Shown piece after piece: positions 39,411-49,359 of a stretch of 64,000 bases of DNA. Numbering within the stretch: the first letter of the stretch is position 1; the number at the start of each line of letters is the position of its first letter. This DNA is from Candidatus Micrarchaeota archaeon. Lineage in GTDB: Archaea > Micrarchaeota > Micrarchaeia > Anstonellales > Bilamarchaeaceae. The stretch spans positions 128,001-192,000 of the forward strand of contig JBDRCX010000006.1 of assembly GCA_043821365.1 (NCBI GenBank), read 5' to 3'. The notes under the pieces are model-generated. The model worked only from the letters and a program-made list of their open reading frames with translations, made no database searches and had not been told where the DNA came from. A program made the translations under genes and the position numbers.

Positions 39411-42400
39411 TCAATCAATTTTGAAAATTCTTACTGCCCCATCAGATGAACTGTAAACAAGTGTGAACCCAGGTATTTCCCCAAGGAACATTGCTCGATA
39501 AAGGTTTGAATCATAGAATTTGCCTTTTCTATCTTCATAACCAGCTTTTATAACTCCATTATCCAGCCACACTAGATCATTAGTATAGAAGAGGGTTACT
39601 TGGGTCACTTGTCCAAAATGTGCAGTCGAACCAACCTGTCCTGCCAAACCAAGCTGGGCTTTATTTATTTTAAGATCTCCATTTGAGTAGGTTTCGTTTA
39701 GATAATATGTAGCAGGAACTGTCTGACCAGTTACCAAAGTAGCATCACCAACACAGTAGGTTGGCACTGATTGATAAACTGCCTTACAATAGTCAATTAC
39801 CTGTTGATCTGTTTGTCCAATACATTGTGATGGATAAAATGGAATGGTTGTGTCACCAACTGAAAGTTTATACGCTGTATAGCCAGTTTTTCCAGTTAGA
39901 TCAGAGATAGTACATGGTATTTGAGAGACGAAAATTGTTTCCCATAGATGTTCTGCTTCACATTCAGACTCTCCTGGAGACTTTAATACAGTAGTTTCAT
40001 TGTTATACGCACATGAAAGATAGTTCAATGCACCATATTTACCGCCAAGAGAATTTCCACCAGCAACAAGTTCAATATCAAAAAGTGCATACTCGCTACC
40101 ATATGATTTCATTATTTCAATTAATTCTTCTGGAGTAGAATCAAGATAACCATTTGCAACATTACCTATCATCTCATGGGAAAGATGTTCATTTCTAACT
40201 ACTGCATTTCTCTCACCAAAATAGTTCAACCAGTGACCATAATCCCACCAGGAAATTACTCTAGCATCCGTATCAAGATTAACCTTTATCCATTCCATTG
40301 AGTCGACCCAATAGGTGGCAAGCCTAGTGCAACGTAAATATGCAGCCGGAGGTTCCCAGGGTGGAGCTTTAGAAGGATCTTGTAGATAAGTTGGGCTTGA
40401 AAATATAGAAAGCATGCATAGTTTTTGGCTATACTGATAATTTGTTCCCAAACTTGCATAACCAAGTGGGTCAGATGCAGCAGCACAAACTTCACTATCT
40501 TTTGTTGCAGCACAAAGTTGTGTGAATTTACTTGCAAGTGCATTTGGATCATTTTGGTAAAGTGTTTGGAAAGAACCCCAGAGAAAAGATGGGGCAAGCC
40601 CCATATGAGCAAACTGTAGAACAACAAATGCAAAACCGATACCAATCACAAATGGGGCATATGATTTCAATGCATGTTGCTCAGACTCCATCAATACCTT
40701 CCCCGCCTGCCCAATCGTAACTCCAATTGCTATGGCAAAAAGAACTGCAGCATAGATAGTGTATTTTGCTTTCAACAAACCAACAATAAACGGTGGTAGT
40801 AGGATTGCCAAAAAGAACAAGAATAGACCATCATCTTTTTTCTGTATAAATCTCCAAAGTGAATAAACAGATGATAAGATAAATAATAAAAACCAGAAAA
40901 GCAGGAGACTTGTTGTTTTTTCATTATATGGTATCGACGTGCCTAGGACAAGATTAATTATTGAAACGAAGATACTTAAGATCAGATTTGAAAGTATTGA
41001 AAATGGGACTAAAACAAGAAATGCAAGGCTGTCAAAAATAGATGAGTTTTGAGATAGAGAATACTCTTGAGCAATAAAACCAATTTGGCTTCCGAAGACA
41101 GTTGATGCGATACCTTGCTCTGCAATTGTTCTGTCTAATGGGGCATTATACTGGGCTATTTGGAACACTGATCTCCCAAGATCTTTTATATTGGCTCCAA
41201 ATGGTGAAAGATAGATGAGAAGACCTAATATTAGAATAATACCTAGAGCAATTGTTTGTTGTTGTTTTGGAAGTTTTTGTTTGACAAGATAAAGAATGCC
41301 AACAAATAAAATTGGGATCAAAAATGTCACTGCATTGCCTAGATAGATTGAACCAGTTTCGAAAAATGATTTGATTATTGTTGAACCAAGTAAAACACCA
41401 ATAACGTAAATAATAACGTTAATTTGCAACAGGTGTTTAAGCATACTTTCATCTTCATCCCTTAGAAACACGAGTATAGAATAGCTGATTGTGAATAATA
41501 AAACTCCAACCAACGCAACTATTTGTGAACTGCTTCCTAAGGCTAATGCAACCCATGCCAAACTTGCAAGCAGGGGATAAGTTAGTTCTTTCTTTTTAAT
41601 TGAAAGGAAATACATGGCATAGAAAAATAACAGTGCAAAAAAGGCATATGGTTGAACTTCTTGTTCTCCTGCTGCCAATTTGTATACAAAAACAGGTATG
41701 AATGTTGTAAGTCCTGCTGCAATTAAACCAAATTCTCTTTTGGTTGCTGTTGAAACAAGCAAATATACGAAAAATACTGCCAGAACTGCTGCCAGTGGTG
41801 GGTAGGTAGATGCAATAGCTGCTAAAAGCATATTGTTGTATTCTCCACCGCCAGTGTACAAAGAATACCAAACTGACTCCAAATATGAAATTGCAGGAAT
41901 TCCCCTATGATCAACTTCAGATATTGGATACCATGCTGTTGAATCATTAAATGGATTTTCACCTACTGAAAGAATCTGTGTTGCTGAGTATGTATAGAAA
42001 TATGGATCTAATTCCATAAATATTGGGCCGTAGGAACCGATTCTTATCAAATAGGTCACAACTAAAACCAACAAAAGACCAAGAGATATTAAATGTTCAG
42101 TTTGAATTTCGAAATTTTTGCCATGTGTTTTTAGAATAGACACATCCGGCAGTGTTATGTTCTCGTGAAGTTTATTTTTAACAAATAATGCAATCGAAAT
42201 AATGTAAAGTAGACCAACTGATAGTAGAGCTAATTCATAGGTATATTTTATGCCAAGAAGTAGATAGAGAAGGAATGGAATTAATGGTAATAAAACAAAA
42301 CCAATTGCAAAACCAACCATTAGTTTTTCCAAGAAATTGAATTCGGATTTATGAAGAATGGAAAATGATAGAATTGCTCCAGGTAAAAATGCAGAAACAA

Positions 42401-42443
42401 ATACCCATGCCAAAAGTAATACTAGATCAAAAGATAGAAACAC
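39411..42443 (-). CDS. aglB: STT3/AglB oligosaccharyltransferase
   Basis: ELDPY, TIAEQ, SWWDYGHW, many TMs; probable GTG start at 42443 after GGTGA. Confidence 0.85.
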   Translation of the reverse strand: MFLSFDLVLLLAWVFVSAFLPGAILSFSILHKSEFNFLEKLMVGFAIGFVLLPLIPFLLYLLLGIKYTYELALLSVGLLYIISIALFVKNKLHENITLPDVSILKTHGKNFEIQTEHLISLGLLLVLVVTYLIRIGSYGPIFMELDPYFYTYSATQILSVGENPFNDSTAWYPISEVDHRGIPAISYLESVWYSLYTGGGEYNNMLLAAIASTYPPLAAVLAVFFVYLLVSTATKREFGLIAAGLTTFIPVFVYKLAAGEQEVQPYAFFALLFFYAMYFLSIKKKELTYPLLASLAWVALALGSSSQIVALVGVLLFTISYSILVFLRDEDESMLKHLLQINVIIYVIGVLLGSTIIKSFFETGSIYLGNAVTFLIPILFVGILYLVKQKLPKQQQTIALGIILILGLLIYLSPFGANIKDLGRSVFQIAQYNAPLDRTIAEQGIASTVFGSQIGFIAQEYSLSQNSSIFDSLAFLVLVPFSILSNLILSIFVSIINLVLGTSIPYNEKTTSLLLFWFLLFILSSVYSLWRFIQKKDDGLFLFFLAILLPPFIVGLLKAKYTIYAAVLFAIAIGVTIGQAGKVLMESEQHALKSYAPFVIGIGFAFVVLQFAHMGLAPSFLWGSFQTLYQNDPNALASKFTQLCAATKDSEVCAAASDPLGYASLGTNYQYSQKLCMLSIFSSPTYLQDPSKAPPWEPPAAYLRCTRLATYWVDSMEWIKVNLDTDARVISWWDYGHWLNYFGERNAVVRNEHLSHEMIGNVANGYLDSTPEELIEIMKSYGSEYALFDIELVAGGNSLGGKYGALNYLSCAYNNETTVLKSPGESECEAEHLWETIFVSQIPCTISDLTGKTGYTAYKLSVGDTTIPFYPSQCIGQTDQQVIDYCKAVYQSVPTYCVGDATLVTGQTVPATYYLNETYSNGDLKINKAQLGLAGQVGSTAHFGQVTQVTLFYTNDLVWLDNGVIKAGYEDRKGKFYDSNLYRAMFLGEIPGFTLVYSSSDGAVRIFKID

Positions 42444-42457
42444 AAAATTCACCAAAT

Positions 42458-43504
42458 TCAAAGATATTCAAAATCATTACTACTTCTTACTTCATCAGGA
42501 TCTGGACCCTTACCAAGAATATAAGGAGACTTTACACCAGTGATTATTGCAGTCACACTCAATGAATCTTTCATTGTTGGGCTTACCCTTGCACCTACCT
42601 TTATACTTGCATTTTCATCAAAGCTTTGAGTTATTAGTTCTCCTGCTTTAATTGCATCACCAAGAGATAGATCTGGCCCACCTTCAAGATGTAGAAGGCA
42701 TCCTTTTGCACCCTCATAATTCACATCAAGAAGAGGATGTTCAAGAGTGTCTTTTGCAACATCTTCTATTTTATTATGCCCGGCACCATGGCCAAGTGAG
42801 ATCATTGATAGACCACCACCTTGCATAACTGTTTTGATATCAGCATAATCAACATTCATCAAACTTGGAAATATGATTGTATCAGAGATTCCAGTTACTG
42901 CCCTCGTAGTTATTGAATCAGCAAGTTCGAATGCCTTATTAACTGGAAGATTAGGAGCATATGCTGCCAGTCGATTATTATCAATTACAACAACAGTATC
43001 ACAAACTTTAACTAATTCTTGGAGTGATTGTTGGGCCTTTTTTATCCTCACTCTTTCCAAAGCAAATGGATAGGTAACCATTGCAACAACAATTGCTCCT
43101 TGTTCTTTTGCAATCTCTGCAATTACTGGTGATGCACCACCACCAGTACCACCACCCATACCAGCACAGAGGAAAACAAGTTCGTTTTCACCAATTTGTT
43201 TTTTCAAAAGATCTCTGTCAGCATCTGCACATTTTTTTGCAACAGTGATGTCACCACCAGCCCCAAGGCCGCGTGTGATTGTTTTTCCAAGAAGCATTTT
43301 TGTGTGAGCTCCGGTCATATTAAGGTGTTTTCCATCTGTGTTTATTGCAATTGTCTTGGCACTTTTTATGTCTCCATTGTAAATTCTATTTACGCAATTA
43401 CAACCTGCACCACCAACACCCAAAACAGAAATACGGACCTGAGATGGATCAGCATCTGGCTGCTGATTACCTTCCTTAGCGGCTTTAATTATATCATCGA
43501 ACAT
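42458..43504 (-). CDS. ftsZ: Cell division GTPase FtsZ
   Basis: GVGGAGCN, NTD, GLGAGG, GMGGGTG, PF..E...R, T7 loop NVDYAD; start at ATG 43504 or GTG 43513. Confidence 0.96.
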   Translation of the reverse strand: MFDDIIKAAKEGNQQPDADPSQVRISVLGVGGAGCNCVNRIYNGDIKSAKTIAINTDGKHLNMTGAHTKMLLGKTITRGLGAGGDITVAKKCADADRDLLKKQIGENELVFLCAGMGGGTGGGASPVIAEIAKEQGAIVVAMVTYPFALERVRIKKAQQSLQELVKVCDTVVVIDNNRLAAYAPNLPVNKAFELADSITTRAVTGISDTIIFPSLMNVDYADIKTVMQGGGLSMISLGHGAGHNKIEDVAKDTLEHPLLDVNYEGAKGCLLHLEGGPDLSLGDAIKAGELITQSFDENASIKVGARVSPTMKDSLSVTAIITGVKSPYILGKGPDPDEVRSSNDFEYL

Positions 43505-43639
43505 TGAAACCAACCACCATTCACAAGTAGAACATATAGAATAGGTAAGTAACTTTTATATACCTGATTTTATTTTGGTTTGGTTAGGGGGTGCACCTTC
43601 GAATTTCTAACTCGTCTAGAATAGGTTTATTTAACAAAA

Positions 43640-43691
43640 CGGGTAGCCACCAACCAGAAGGAGGGATGGGTGGGTGGAATGGTGGCTCCCG
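43640..43691 (-). terminator. GC-rich stem-loop directly after the lipoprotein stop, followed on the minus strand by TTTTGTT; possible terminator or structured RNA
   Basis: Arms CGGG(T)AGCCACCA and TGGTGGCTCCCG pair over 12 bp with one bulge. Confidence 0.4.
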
Positions 43692-44294
43692 TCATGAGTA
43701 CGTTGACAAATTCATCAGATCATTCATATCACAAACCTTACCTGATGGAACAAACTTTGAAGGGTCATAGATCCATGGTTTGCAGTCGATTTGAGAGGAT
43801 GGAACACTTGAAAAATCAGGTTGGGAAGAAGTGGATGCAGTATAGGAATATGGATCAGGATCTGTTGTGTAATTAGATGGTTCAACAGTTATTGAATACC
43901 AATTACAGTCGGCAAATATGAATCCTGTTTCACAGCCCATATAGAATGTATTTCCTTTTGCTATATAGGCCATTTTTTCACAATCGCCAGGTGCATCAAT
44001 CTGAGTTCTCATTTCATCTTCGCCTTTCATATAAAGCTTCATAGTTGTGGGGGTTCCTTCATAGGTGGTAGTTATATCACATTCCAATGGAACGCCAAGA
44101 GCAGCCAGAACAGAAAATGTTTGCCCAGAAAGATCATTTTGAGAGGGTTGAATTGGAGTTGATTGATTTGGTTGAGAAGAATAATTCGGAACTACCCCAG
44201 GCATATACGGAGTTGAATCTCCAGTTAGAGAACAACAACCAAACATAAAAAATGCAAAAGTACCTAATATCAGTAAAATTTTCACTCCGTTCAT
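43692..44294 (-). CDS. Putative lipoprotein
   Basis: Signal with FMFG-CC; Pro/Gln/Ser linker. Confidence 0.75.
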   Translation of the reverse strand: MNGVKILLILGTFAFFMFGCCSLTGDSTPYMPGVVPNYSSQPNQSTPIQPSQNDLSGQTFSVLAALGVPLECDITTTYEGTPTTMKLYMKGEDEMRTQIDAPGDCEKMAYIAKGNTFYMGCETGFIFADCNWYSITVEPSNYTTDPDPYSYTASTSSQPDFSSVPSSQIDCKPWIYDPSKFVPSGKVCDMNDLMNLSTYS

Positions 44295-44376
44295 GCTATT
44301 GAAACATATCTAATGTTTAAAAATGTGATGTGGCTGTAACCACCTATTTTTTATTTATTGCAAACTGTAATGAATT

Positions 44377-45297
44377 ATGTTAGAAACCAAATTTTTCGAT
44401 AAAAAAATCAAAAATCCCATTTTTCTTGCTTCTGGAATTCTGGGAATGACCAAGGCGAGTCTTGAAACTGTATGTGATAATGGTTGTGGTGGAGTAATTG
44501 CAAAATCACTTACACTGGAACCAAGAAAAGGACATGAAGGCCCCAATATTGTAGAGGTCGAATGTGGAATATTAAATGCAATGGGATATCCAAACCCAGG
44601 CATAGATTATGGATTAACGGAATTTGGAAACTGGAAAAGAAAAGAAGCATTAGTAATTAGTGTTGTTGGTAAGGATGCTGAAGAATTTGGTATCCTTGCA
44701 GAAAAAACAGAAGCAGTAAAAGAAACTTTAGGTGCCAGTGCAATTGAAGCAGTTATTTCATGTCCACACACACCAGGATATGGTACTATGGCAGGACAAG
44801 GAACACCAGAAGCAATTGTGGAGATAGTTGGTGCAATAAAAGATAAATGCAAACTTCCTTTGATAATAAAATTATCCCCGTCAATTCCAGGAGAAGGAAA
44901 GGCTGCAGAAGCTGCAGAAAAAGCAGGAGCAGATGCGATAAATATGGGAAATTCACTTGGACCTGGAATGAAAATAGACATTAACAGAAAAAAACCAGTT
45001 CTTGGATTTGGTGTTGGTGGATTAACTGGCCCTGCAATAAAACCAATAATATTACGATGTGTTTATGATATTTACAAAACAGTGAAAATCCCGATAATTG
45101 CAACTGGAGGAATCACAAAAGGTGAAGATGCAATAGAAATGATTATGGCTGGTGCTAATTGGGTAAGTGTTGGTAGTGCAGTATATTATAGAGGACCACA
45201 TACTTTCAATCATATTGCAAAAGAAATTGAAGACTGGCTAAAGAATAATGAATGTGAATTAAATCAGATAAAAGGTGTTGCCCATGAAACGATTTGA
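44377..45297 (+). CDS. pyrD: Dihydroorotate dehydrogenase, family 1B catalytic subunit
   Basis: NPIFLASG, KSLT..PR.G..GP, NAMG..NPG, SCPH, IKLSP, GGLTGPAIKP, GGI. Confidence 0.93.
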   Translation: MLETKFFDKKIKNPIFLASGILGMTKASLETVCDNGCGGVIAKSLTLEPRKGHEGPNIVEVECGILNAMGYPNPGIDYGLTEFGNWKRKEALVISVVGKDAEEFGILAEKTEAVKETLGASAIEAVISCPHTPGYGTMAGQGTPEAIVEIVGAIKDKCKLPLIIKLSPSIPGEGKAAEAAEKAGADAINMGNSLGPGMKIDINRKKPVLGFGVGGLTGPAIKPIILRCVYDIYKTVKIPIIATGGITKGEDAIEMIMAGANWVSVGSAVYYRGPHTFNHIAKEIEDWLKNNECELNQIKGVAHETI

Positions 45298-46087
45298 TGT
45301 TAGTAATAAAATCCACACAAATAAAATAAAAAAAATAATAGATGAGAATTATCGAGTGAGGACAATAGAGATAGACTGCAAACTGCCAACGGCAATGCCA
45401 GGGCAATTCATAATGATATGGATACCTGGAATTGGTGAACGGCCAATGAGTATTGGGAATAATAATCCATTAACTATATCAGTTGCCAATGTTGGAAAAT
45501 TTTCTGGTGAGTTAACTAAACTAAAAGCAGGAGATACTATTTCTTACCGTGGACCTTTCGGCAGGCCATTTGACATACCAGAAAATGCAGAACAAATTCT
45601 AGTTGTTGGTGGTGGATATGGTGTAGTTCCAATGTACTTTCTTGCAAAAACAGCAAAAGAAGCAAAGATTGAACCATATGCCATAGTGGGAGGTAAAACC
45701 GAAGGTGATATTGTCTATCACAAATATCTTTTTGCTGTTTGTAAGGAAGTTTTTATCACAACTGACGATGGAACAAAAGGCAGAAAAGGAAATGTGATGA
45801 CTGAAATTGAAGAATTATTTTTAAAGAAAAAATTTGATTGTGTTTATGCTTGCGGACCAGAAAAAATGATGTATGCAATTGCACATGCATGTAAACAGAA
45901 GAATATAATGTGTCAGGTTTCTTTGGAAAGATACATGAAATGTGGAACTGGTGTTTGTGGTTCCTGTGCAATAAACGGGAAATTCACATGTGTTGACGGA
46001 CCTGTTTTTTCAGCTGAAGAAGCATTTGCACTTTCAGATTTTGGTAAAAAACATAGGGATGCAACTGGACAGACAAAAGAATGGTGA
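45284..46087 (+). CDS. pyrK: Dihydroorotate dehydrogenase electron transfer subunit
   Basis: PGQF, RGPFG, GGGYG..P, CGPE.MM, ERYMKCG.GVCGSC, CVDGPVF. Confidence 0.93.
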   Translation: MKRFDVSNKIHTNKIKKIIDENYRVRTIEIDCKLPTAMPGQFIMIWIPGIGERPMSIGNNNPLTISVANVGKFSGELTKLKAGDTISYRGPFGRPFDIPENAEQILVVGGGYGVVPMYFLAKTAKEAKIEPYAIVGGKTEGDIVYHKYLFAVCKEVFITTDDGTKGRKGNVMTEIEELFLKKKFDCVYACGPEKMMYAIAHACKQKNIMCQVSLERYMKCGTGVCGSCAINGKFTCVDGPVFSAEEAFALSDFGKKHRDATGQTKEW

Positions 46088-46145
46088 GTTCTATTTTCCA
46101 GAATAAATTAGCAATGTGGTGAGAATTGTACCAAAAAATTAGTAG

Positions 46146-46163
46146 CTACCTATATATAGGTAG
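46146..46163. promoter_or_regulatory. Perfect 18-bp palindrome over the ribB TATA box; candidate RbkR operator
   Basis: CTACCTATATATAGGTAG ends 15 nt before the ribB ATG. Confidence 0.65.
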
Positions 46164-46178
46164 AGCTACCACATCACT

Positions 46179-46805
46179 ATGAATTTTATGATTACAAATG
46201 CATTAGCCAAACTTAAGAAAGGCAAATTCGTCATAGTTTATGATGGAGATGAAAGAGAAGGAGAAGCAGATCTTGTCCTCCCGGCAAAATATATTACACC
46301 GGAAAAAATACGAATAATGAGAAAGGATGGTGGGGGACTTGTATGCACTGCAATAGAGAAAAAAGATGCGGATAAAATTGGCTTGCCTTTTTTCACTGAC
46401 CTTATAGAGAAAATTAAATTATCAAAAATGACTTGTAAAAAAACAGCATATGGCGACAAACCAGCATTTTCAATACCTGTGAATCATTGCAGGGTTTATA
46501 CTGGAATAACAGATAATGATAGGGCCCTTACAATAAAACAATTAGACGAAATTATAACAAAAAAACCAGAAAGATTCAAACGTGAATTTTACACACCAGG
46601 CCATGTGTTTTTGTTAATTGGACGGGGATTGAAAAATCGAAGAGGACACACCGAACTTGCTTTAGAATTAGGTAAACGTACAGGGTTTAGAGTGATGGTT
46701 CTTTGTGAAATGCTTGGAAACGGCAAAGCACTTTCCAAAAAGGATGTGAAAGCTTATGCAAAAGAACATGGAATTGATTTTATCGAGGGAAAGGATGTGG
46801 TTTGA
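46179..46805 (+). CDS. ribB: 3,4-dihydroxy-2-butanone 4-phosphate synthase (archaeal type)
   Basis: D...REGEADL, GGGLVC, AFSIPVNH, TGITDNDRALT, PGHV, R.GHTE, CEM. Confidence 0.95.
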   Translation: MNFMITNALAKLKKGKFVIVYDGDEREGEADLVLPAKYITPEKIRIMRKDGGGLVCTAIEKKDADKIGLPFFTDLIEKIKLSKMTCKKTAYGDKPAFSIPVNHCRVYTGITDNDRALTIKQLDEIITKKPERFKREFYTPGHVFLLIGRGLKNRRGHTELALELGKRTGFRVMVLCEMLGNGKALSKKDVKAYAKEHGIDFIEGKDVV

Positions 46806-47692
46806 TGGTAAAAATTGCAATAATTGATACGACATTTTCAAGAGTAGATATGGGTGAAATCGCGATAGATGAATTGAAAAAACATCCAAACATGGAAGTA
46901 GAACGAAAAACTGTCCCTGGAATAAAGGATCTCCCAGTAGAATGCAAAAAACTTCTTGAGTCTGGTTGTGATATTGCAATGGCACTTGGGATGGTTGGTG
47001 GTGCAGACATAGATACACAATGCGGTCATGAAGCTTCAATTGGAATCCAGCAAGCCAAACTAATGACAAATAAGCACATAATAGAGGTTTTTATTCATGA
47101 AAACGAAAGCTGGAGTGAGGATGGATTAAAGGAGATTTTTGAAAATAGAATCAGAAAACACGTCCAAAATGCAGTGATACTTGCAACAAATCCAGAAGAA
47201 CTTGAAAAGAATGCGGGAAAAGGAATTAGACAAGGCAAAAATGATGAAGGTAGTTTGTCAAATAAAAAACAGATAATCTTGGGGGTTGTTGTGTCTGAGT
47301 TTAATGATGAGATAACTGAACAAATGGAAGAGAAGGCAATTGGATTGTTAAATGAAGAGGGGATTTCAGCTAAGATAGTTCATGTCCCAGGTGTATACGA
47401 CATGCCACTTGTGGTGAAAAAACTTCTTATGGAGAAAAAAATTGATGGAGTTGTTACTTTAGGTGCTGTTGTAAAAGGAGAAACAGGGCATGATGAAGTG
47501 ATAACAAAAGATGTTGCAAAAAGATTGGGAGACCTTTCATTAGAATTCAGAAAACCAGTGACTCTCGGCATAATAGGGCATAATGCAGAATTAGAAATGG
47601 CAGAAGAAAGAGCAGAAGACTACACAGAACGTGCGATTAGATCAGCGATATATTTGATCAAAATACTTAGGGATGATATTAATGATAACTAA
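46802..47692 (+). CDS. ribC-ribH: Fusion of archaeal riboflavin synthase (N-terminal) and lumazine synthase (C-terminal)
   Basis: N-half IIDTTFSRVDM, TVPGIKDLPV, MTNKHIIEVF.HE; C-half VVSEFN, VPGVYDMP, LGAVVKGETGHD, PVTLGI; single reading frame. Confidence 0.9.
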   Translation: MMVKIAIIDTTFSRVDMGEIAIDELKKHPNMEVERKTVPGIKDLPVECKKLLESGCDIAMALGMVGGADIDTQCGHEASIGIQQAKLMTNKHIIEVFIHENESWSEDGLKEIFENRIRKHVQNAVILATNPEELEKNAGKGIRQGKNDEGSLSNKKQIILGVVVSEFNDEITEQMEEKAIGLLNEEGISAKIVHVPGVYDMPLVVKKLLMEKKIDGVVTLGAVVKGETGHDEVITKDVAKRLGDLSLEFRKPVTLGIIGHNAELEMAEERAEDYTERAIRSAIYLIKILRDDINDN

Positions 47693-48260
47693 AGCAGCTG
47701 AAGCTTCATTACCAACACAGTATGGAAATTTTAGAGTGCATGCATTTGTAGACAAAGACGGGAGAGAACATTTAGCTCTTGTTAGATGTGAACACAAGTC
47801 ACACAATGGATTACCAGTTAGAGTCCATTCAAAATGTCTGACTGGAGACACACTCACATCCCTCAAATGCGATTGTCGTGCGCAACTAAAAGCATCAATG
47901 AAATACATAGAAAGAAACAAATGTGGGATACTTATTTACCTTGACCAGGAAGGGAGAGGTATAGGACTTGTAAATAAAATAAAGGCTTATGCTTTGCAAG
48001 AGAAGGGGATGGATACTGTCGAAGCAAATGTTCACCTTGGATTTCAAGAAGACATGAGAGACTTTTCTATTGCATCAGACATACTAGAATGTTTTGGGAT
48101 AACTGAAATTGCACTTATGACAAATAATCCAGAAAAAATACAACAGATTGAAAAACATGGTATAAAAGTAATAAAGAGGATCCCGATCATAATCAAAGCA
48201 AACAAGCACAATAAAAAATATCTTGAAACTAAAAAACAAAAAATGAAGCATATGTTGTGA
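47673..48260 (+). CDS. ribA: GTP cyclohydrolase II (bacterial type)
   Basis: RVHS.CLTGD...S.KCDC, QEGRGIGL.NKI.AY, D.EAN, MTNNP.K. Confidence 0.95.
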   Translation: MILMITKAAEASLPTQYGNFRVHAFVDKDGREHLALVRCEHKSHNGLPVRVHSKCLTGDTLTSLKCDCRAQLKASMKYIERNKCGILIYLDQEGRGIGLVNKIKAYALQEKGMDTVEANVHLGFQEDMRDFSIASDILECFGITEIALMTNNPEKIQQIEKHGIKVIKRIPIIIKANKHNKKYLETKKQKMKHML

Positions 48261-48264
48261 TTTT

Positions 48265-49359
48265 ATGAATGATTATATGGAATTGGCAATATCATTGGCA
48301 AAAAAAGCCAGTCCATCACCCAATCCGCAAGTTGGGGCAGTTTTAGTAAGGAAAGATGAAATAATAGGGCAGGGTGTTCACAAAAAAGCAGGAACCCCAC
48401 ACGCAGAAATAGAAGCAATCAAAGATGCCATCAGAAGAAAACATGACACCGTTGGATCGGTATTGTATGTAAATTTAGAACCATGTCCACACAACGACAA
48501 AAGGACTCCGCCTTGTGTTCCTACAATAATAAAAGCAGGCATACGAAAAGTTGTTTGTGCGATGAAAGATCCAAACCCAAAAGTAAACGGGAAGGGGATA
48601 GATGCTCTGAGAAATGCAGGAATTTTGGTTACTGTTGGAGTGATGGAAAACGAAGCAAGAACACTGAACGAAATCTACATTAAACAAATAACAAAGAATC
48701 TCCCATTCATAACAATGAAAGTTGCTATGAGCCTTGATGGTAAAATCGCCACAAGAACTGGGGACTCGAAATGGATATCCTGTGAAGCATCACGAAGATT
48801 GGTTGCAGAGATTAGAAACAGATATGATGGAGTTATGGTAGGTATAGGAACAATATTGAAAGATAATCCCAGGCTTACTTGTAGAATGAAAGGTGGTAAG
48901 GACCCAGTAAGAATCATTATTGATTCGAAACTTAGAATCCCGCTTGACGCAAATGTTCTGAAACGGGCAAATGAGATGGTAGTAATTGGCTGTGGAAATG
49001 AATTCGACAAAAAGAAGAAAATCAAATTAGAAAAAATGGGTGTTAAAGTTTTTGTAAATCCTCAGGAAGATAATGAAGTTGATTTGAAAAAATTAATGGA
49101 AAAACTAGCAAAGATAAATGTGAGATCAGTATTGCTTGAGGGCGGAAGTGCACTTGACGGTGCAATGGTTGATGCTAAATTGGTAGATAAATTTTCGATT
49201 TTTGTTGCCCCTAAAATAATTGGAGGGCAAGATGCAAAAGGACCAATAGGCGGAATAGGAACAGCATTAGTAAAAAACTCAATTAGATTAAAAAATCTAA
49301 AAGTTGAACAAATTGGTTCTGATTATTTTTTTGAAGGGTATGCAGAATATAAAAATTAA
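48265..49359 (+). CDS. ribD: Bifunctional pyrimidine deaminase/reductase (bacterial type)
   Basis: PNPQVGA, HAE, LEPC...TPPC, SLDGKIA, WIS, LLEGG. Confidence 0.96.
   Translation: MNDYMELAISLAKKASPSPNPQVGAVLVRKDEIIGQGVHKKAGTPHAEIEAIKDAIRRKHDTVGSVLYVNLEPCPHNDKRTPPCVPTIIKAGIRKVVCAMKDPNPKVNGKGIDALRNAGILVTVGVMENEARTLNEIYIKQITKNLPFITMKVAMSLDGKIATRTGDSKWISCEASRRLVAEIRNRYDGVMVGIGTILKDNPRLTCRMKGGKDPVRIIIDSKLRIPLDANVLKRANEMVVIGCGNEFDKKKKIKLEKMGVKVFVNPQEDNEVDLKKLMEKLAKINVRSVLLEGGSALDGAMVDAKLVDKFSIFVAPKIIGGQDAKGPIGGIGTALVKNSIRLKNLKVEQIGSDYFFEGYAEYKN

Noticed and set aside
43580-43615. tRNA-like fragment (GGGGGTGCACCTTCGAAT)
   Set aside because: No acceptor stem, D-arm or anticodon arm can be built on either strand.
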